Assembly (NCBI GenBank): GCA_018674305.1
Contig: JABHAL010000004.1
Span: 446-64,445, forward strand
Origin: Candidatus Falkowbacteria bacterium
Lineage (GTDB): Bacteria > Patescibacteriota > Patescibacteriia > UBA11705 > JABHMO01
Direction of reading: 5' to 3'
Length of the DNA: 64,000 nt
The first letter of the stretch is position 1; each line of letters opens with the position of its first letter. A program made the translations under genes and the position numbers. Shown in pieces: positions 61,124 to 64,000 of the stretch. Below the pieces are notes generated by a model. That model searched no databases, was not told the DNA's origin, and saw only the letters and a program-made list of their open reading frames with translations.

Positions 61124-61226
61124 TTTGCAACCTCATTGTAAAGATCTATTATTCAATAAAATTCATAAATATATTCTGAACTTTATTGAATGGGAATTAG
61201 CTATGAGCTAATTCCCATGTGTTTAT

Positions 61227-61868
61227 TTATCGAACAACTACCACTTCAGCGGCTTCCAACTCCTGGATAATTTGTTCATCGTTCTCAGGAAATACTGAAG
61301 CGCAATATTCCTTAAGTACTCTTACTTCTGCCTCAGGAAATTCCATCTTAGCATCTTTCGCAGAGTCTTTCACACAAACATCAAAGGCCAAACAAACAAC
61401 ATCAATGCCTTCGAAATCATATGCAGAAAGACTTTCCGCGAGACCGGTCGTAATCCGTTCACCATTTTCATTAACTCCCGAGAAAAACGCGGAATGGCTA
61501 GCAACATCCGGATCCATTCCCTTCCGAACGATAAGAGCAACTTTACTCATATCAAGTAAGGGATGAATCATTGCACCGGACGAATTCTGCTTGCAATGGT
61601 CAAAAAAGACCATCTGCTCAACTCCGTTCCTTTTAACCATTGCGAACGGAGCAACACCATGTCTCGAAGCAAATTCGTAATGTCCTTCCGGATGCCAATC
61701 CTGGGTAACGATAATCAAATCGTATTCACCAGTGGCCATCAACGCATTGATCATCTTCATTAAAGCTGAGCCACCCGTAACAGCCAGGGCTCCACTTTCC
61801 ATGAAATCAAGCTGGGGATCAACAATTATCAGGATTCTGCCGATCTTAATCTTGCGAATAGTTTTCAT
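61227..61868 (-). CDS. pncA: Nicotinamidase
   Basis: VDPQLDF, QDWHP, DHC, RKG, HSAF, AFDVCV motifs. Confidence 0.9.
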   Translation of the reverse strand: MKTIRKIKIGRILIIVDPQLDFMESGALAVTGGSALMKMINALMATGEYDLIIVTQDWHPEGHYEFASRHGVAPFAMVKRNGVEQMVFFDHCKQNSSGAMIHPLLDMSKVALIVRKGMDPDVASHSAFFSGVNENGERITTGLAESLSAYDFEGIDVVCLAFDVCVKDSAKDAKMEFPEAEVRVLKEYCASVFPENDEQIIQELEAAEVVVVR

Positions 61869-61916
61869 CTTTCACCTCTTAAATTGGTTGTAAAATAACT
61901 CAATATAGTATCACAC

Positions 61917-62036
61917 CTACTGCTCATTGTCAAGGTCTAAATCCTCATCTTCTTTATCTATCATCAAACGCATGGCCAACTTGTAATGTTCATCTTTTAG
62001 GTCGTCTAAATTATCACGAATTTTCTTTTTATCCAT
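61917..62036 (-). CDS. Putative 39-aa acidic ORF MDKKKIRDNLDDLKDEHYKLAMRLMIDKEDEDLDLDNEQ
   Basis: Open frame between the operator-bearing promoter and pncA; no clear SD. Confidence 0.4.
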   Translation of the reverse strand: MDKKKIRDNLDDLKDEHYKLAMRLMIDKEDEDLDLDNEQ

Positions 62037-62117
62037 ATAATTGATTACTGAATTGTACTGATCTACTGAACATTTAGTATATCAGTAATTATCAGCACTC
62101 ACTTCACTTTCACAGGT

Positions 62118-62146
62118 ATTATAGTGTATTTATTACACTCTGTCAA
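62118..62146 (-). promoter_or_regulatory. Promoter with an NrtR-like operator (62123-62139) filling the spacer
   Basis: TTGACA-17-TATAAT; AGTGT-atttatt-ACACT. Confidence 0.75.
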
Positions 62147-62279
62147 GTGTTTTTAGGTGTTTTGTCGTAAAATTAGTCAAAACCATAAAAAAACATCCAC
62201 CCTATTCTAGCATATATATGTATATTTATATTCCCAGTCTTTGCCAAAAGCTATTCTATTGCTATGATTAAGTAAATGT

Positions 62280-64000
62280 ATGAAATTCAATCTCCACGCC
62301 AAATTCAAACCAGCCGGTGATCAACCACAGGCGATCGAAAAACTTGTTCAGGGCATCAAGTCTGATTTTGATAAACAGACACTACTTGGTGTAACTGGGT
62401 CTGGTAAAACTTTTACCATTGCCAACGTAATTAAAAAAACTCAATTACCTACTCTTATAATTGCTCACAATAAAACTCTAGCCGCTCAACTATGTAGTGA
62501 GTTTCGTCAGTTCTTTCCAGACAACGCAGTGGAATATTTTGTCAGCTATTATGATTATTATCAACCAGAAGCTTATCTACCGTCATCTGATACTTACATA
62601 GAAAAAGAAGCCCAAATTAATGAAGAGATTGAACGACTTCGTCACGCCTGCACGCAATCACTCTTAACTCGCAAAGATGTAATTATTGTTGCTTCAGTTT
62701 CTGCCATCTATGGTTTAGGCTCACCAGAAGAATATAAAAAAATAACCTTGCACTTAACCAAGAATCAAAAACTAGATAGGCGTGAAATGCTGGAACAACT
62801 GATTGACATGCAATTTACTAGAACAAATTCTGATTTGAAACGCGGCACTTTCAGAATGCGTGGGCAAATATTTGAGATCATGCCGATTAACGAAAATATT
62901 ATCTTTCGCTTTGAAATTTCTGATAAAATCGACCTAATTGAATCACTCGATCCGATTACCCGAAAAGTTAAACGCGAACTACCAGGTATCTGGCTTTTCC
63001 CAGCCGTGCATTATGTAATTAATGAAGACATTAAACAAAAAGCTTTTCAAACAATTCGCGCTGAACTAAAAGAACAGCTTGCTATATTCAAAAAACAAAA
63101 AAAATTATTGGAATATGAGAGATTGAAACGTCGAGTAAAATATGATTTAGAGATGATCAAAAATGTTGGTTACTGCAGTGGAATTGAAAATTACTCTCGG
63201 CATTTTGATAATAGAAAACCTGGAGAAGCGCCATTTAACCTAATGGATTATTTCAAAGCTAACAATAAAAAGTTTCTAACTGTAATTGACGAGTCTCATG
63301 TTGCGCTACCTCAAATCCGGGCCATGTATAACGGTGATCAGGCACGTAAAAGTACTTTAGTTGAACACGGGTTTAGACTACCCAGCGCCAAAGACAACCG
63401 ACCACTTAAGTTCGAGGAATTTGAAAGAAAAAACGATTCAACAATATACACCTCCGCCACTCCAACAGAATTTGAAACAAAAAGCTCGAATAAAGTCGTT
63501 GAACAGATCGTTCGCCCAACCGGCCTAATTGATCCAGAAGTTGACATCAGACCAATCTCTGGTAAGGAGCAAGAATCAAGGAGCAAGGAGCAAGGAAAAA
63601 TTAAAAAGGGAAAATTAAAAAATAAAACACACACAAAAACTCAGATTGAAGATTTAATATTAGAAATAGAAAAACAGATCAAGCTAAAAGAGAGAACGCT
63701 AGTTACGACATTAACAAAGAAAATGGCTGAAGACCTAGCTGAGTATCTGAAGAAAAAGAAAATACAAGTTTCATATCTACACAGTGATATCGACACCCTA
63801 GAAAGAATTCAAATCATCACAGATCTTAGGAACGGTAAAATTGATGTTTTAATCGGAGTAAATTTACTTCGTGAAGGACTGGACATCCCAGAAGTTTCAC
63901 TGGTTGCTATTCTTGATGCTGACAAAGAAGGGTTTTTAAGAAACGACACCAGCTTAATTCAAACCATTGGCCGAGCAGCTAGAAATGTAAACGGTAGAGT
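62280..64000 (+). CDS. uvrB: Excinuclease ABC subunit UvrB (partial, runs off the window)
   Basis: [56 protein letters not shown]; absent from the ORF track because it has no stop. Confidence 0.97.
   Translation, partial: MKFNLHAKFKPAGDQPQAIEKLVQGIKSDFDKQTLLGVTGSGKTFTIANVIKKTQLPTLIIAHNKTLAAQLCSEFRQFFPDNAVEYFVSYYDYYQPEAYLPSSDTYIEKEAQINEEIERLRHACTQSLLTRKDVIIVASVSAIYGLGSPEEYKKITLHLTKNQKLDRREMLEQLIDMQFTRTNSDLKRGTFRMRGQIFEIMPINENIIFRFEISDKIDLIESLDPITRKVKRELPGIWLFPAVHYVINEDIKQKAFQTIRAELKEQLAIFKKQKKLLEYERLKRRVKYDLEMIKNVGYCSGIENYSRHFDNRKPGEAPFNLMDYFKANNKKFLTVIDESHVALPQIRAMYNGDQARKSTLVEHGFRLPSAKDNRPLKFEEFERKNDSTIYTSATPTEFETKSSNKVVEQIVRPTGLIDPEVDIRPISGKEQESRSKEQGKIKKGKLKNKTHTKTQIEDLILEIEKQIKLKERTLVTTLTKKMAEDLAEYLKKKKIQVSYLHSDIDTLERIQIITDLRNGKIDVLIGVNLLREGLDIPEVSLVAILDADKEGFLRNDTSLIQTIGRAARNVNGR

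Noticed and set aside
50059-61763. Many long antisense or alternate-frame ORFs in the NAD cluster
   Set aside because: Shadows of well-supported genes with no motifs of their own

Overview
A low-GC bacterial chromosome segment, most consistent with a Patescibacteria/CPR (Parcubacteria-like) genome. This is an inference from the stand-alone 23S-5S unit without 16S, ComEC, FemAB, short-period repeat tracts and many orphan ORFs. Housekeeping content: greA, ruvA, ileS (type 2, GIHH motif) with an upstream T-box, U32 peptidase, endonuclease Q, uvrB (partial), tRNA-Ala(TGC), tRNA-Leu(TAG), and 23S and 5S rRNA. Two regions stand out. (1) 25.25-28.4 kb is one predicted ~3.1-kb minus-strand transcript that is mostly non-coding. 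Four copies of a ~67-nt double-hairpin element divide it into alternating ~600-700-nt structured RNA segments and ~60-aa ORFs that share an ExYLxExAxR motif; I cannot assign this to any known RNA family or system. (2) 47.5-62.1 kb is an NAD-centred cluster (pncA, nadD, nadE, pncB, NAD kinase, ADP-ribosylglycohydrolase, two NDT-like proteins) wrapped around a PP2C-kinase-nicotinamidase-like-vWA operon. Three operons share an AGTGT-N7-ACACT palindrome (NrtR-like) lying on their promoters. Other observations include a probable leader-peptide attenuator on an MFS gene, a duplicated 5S 3' end, REP-like and short tandem repeat elements inserted in-frame into conserved genes, and several orphan paralog pairs. 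All calls come from reading the sequence; no database search or folding program was run.
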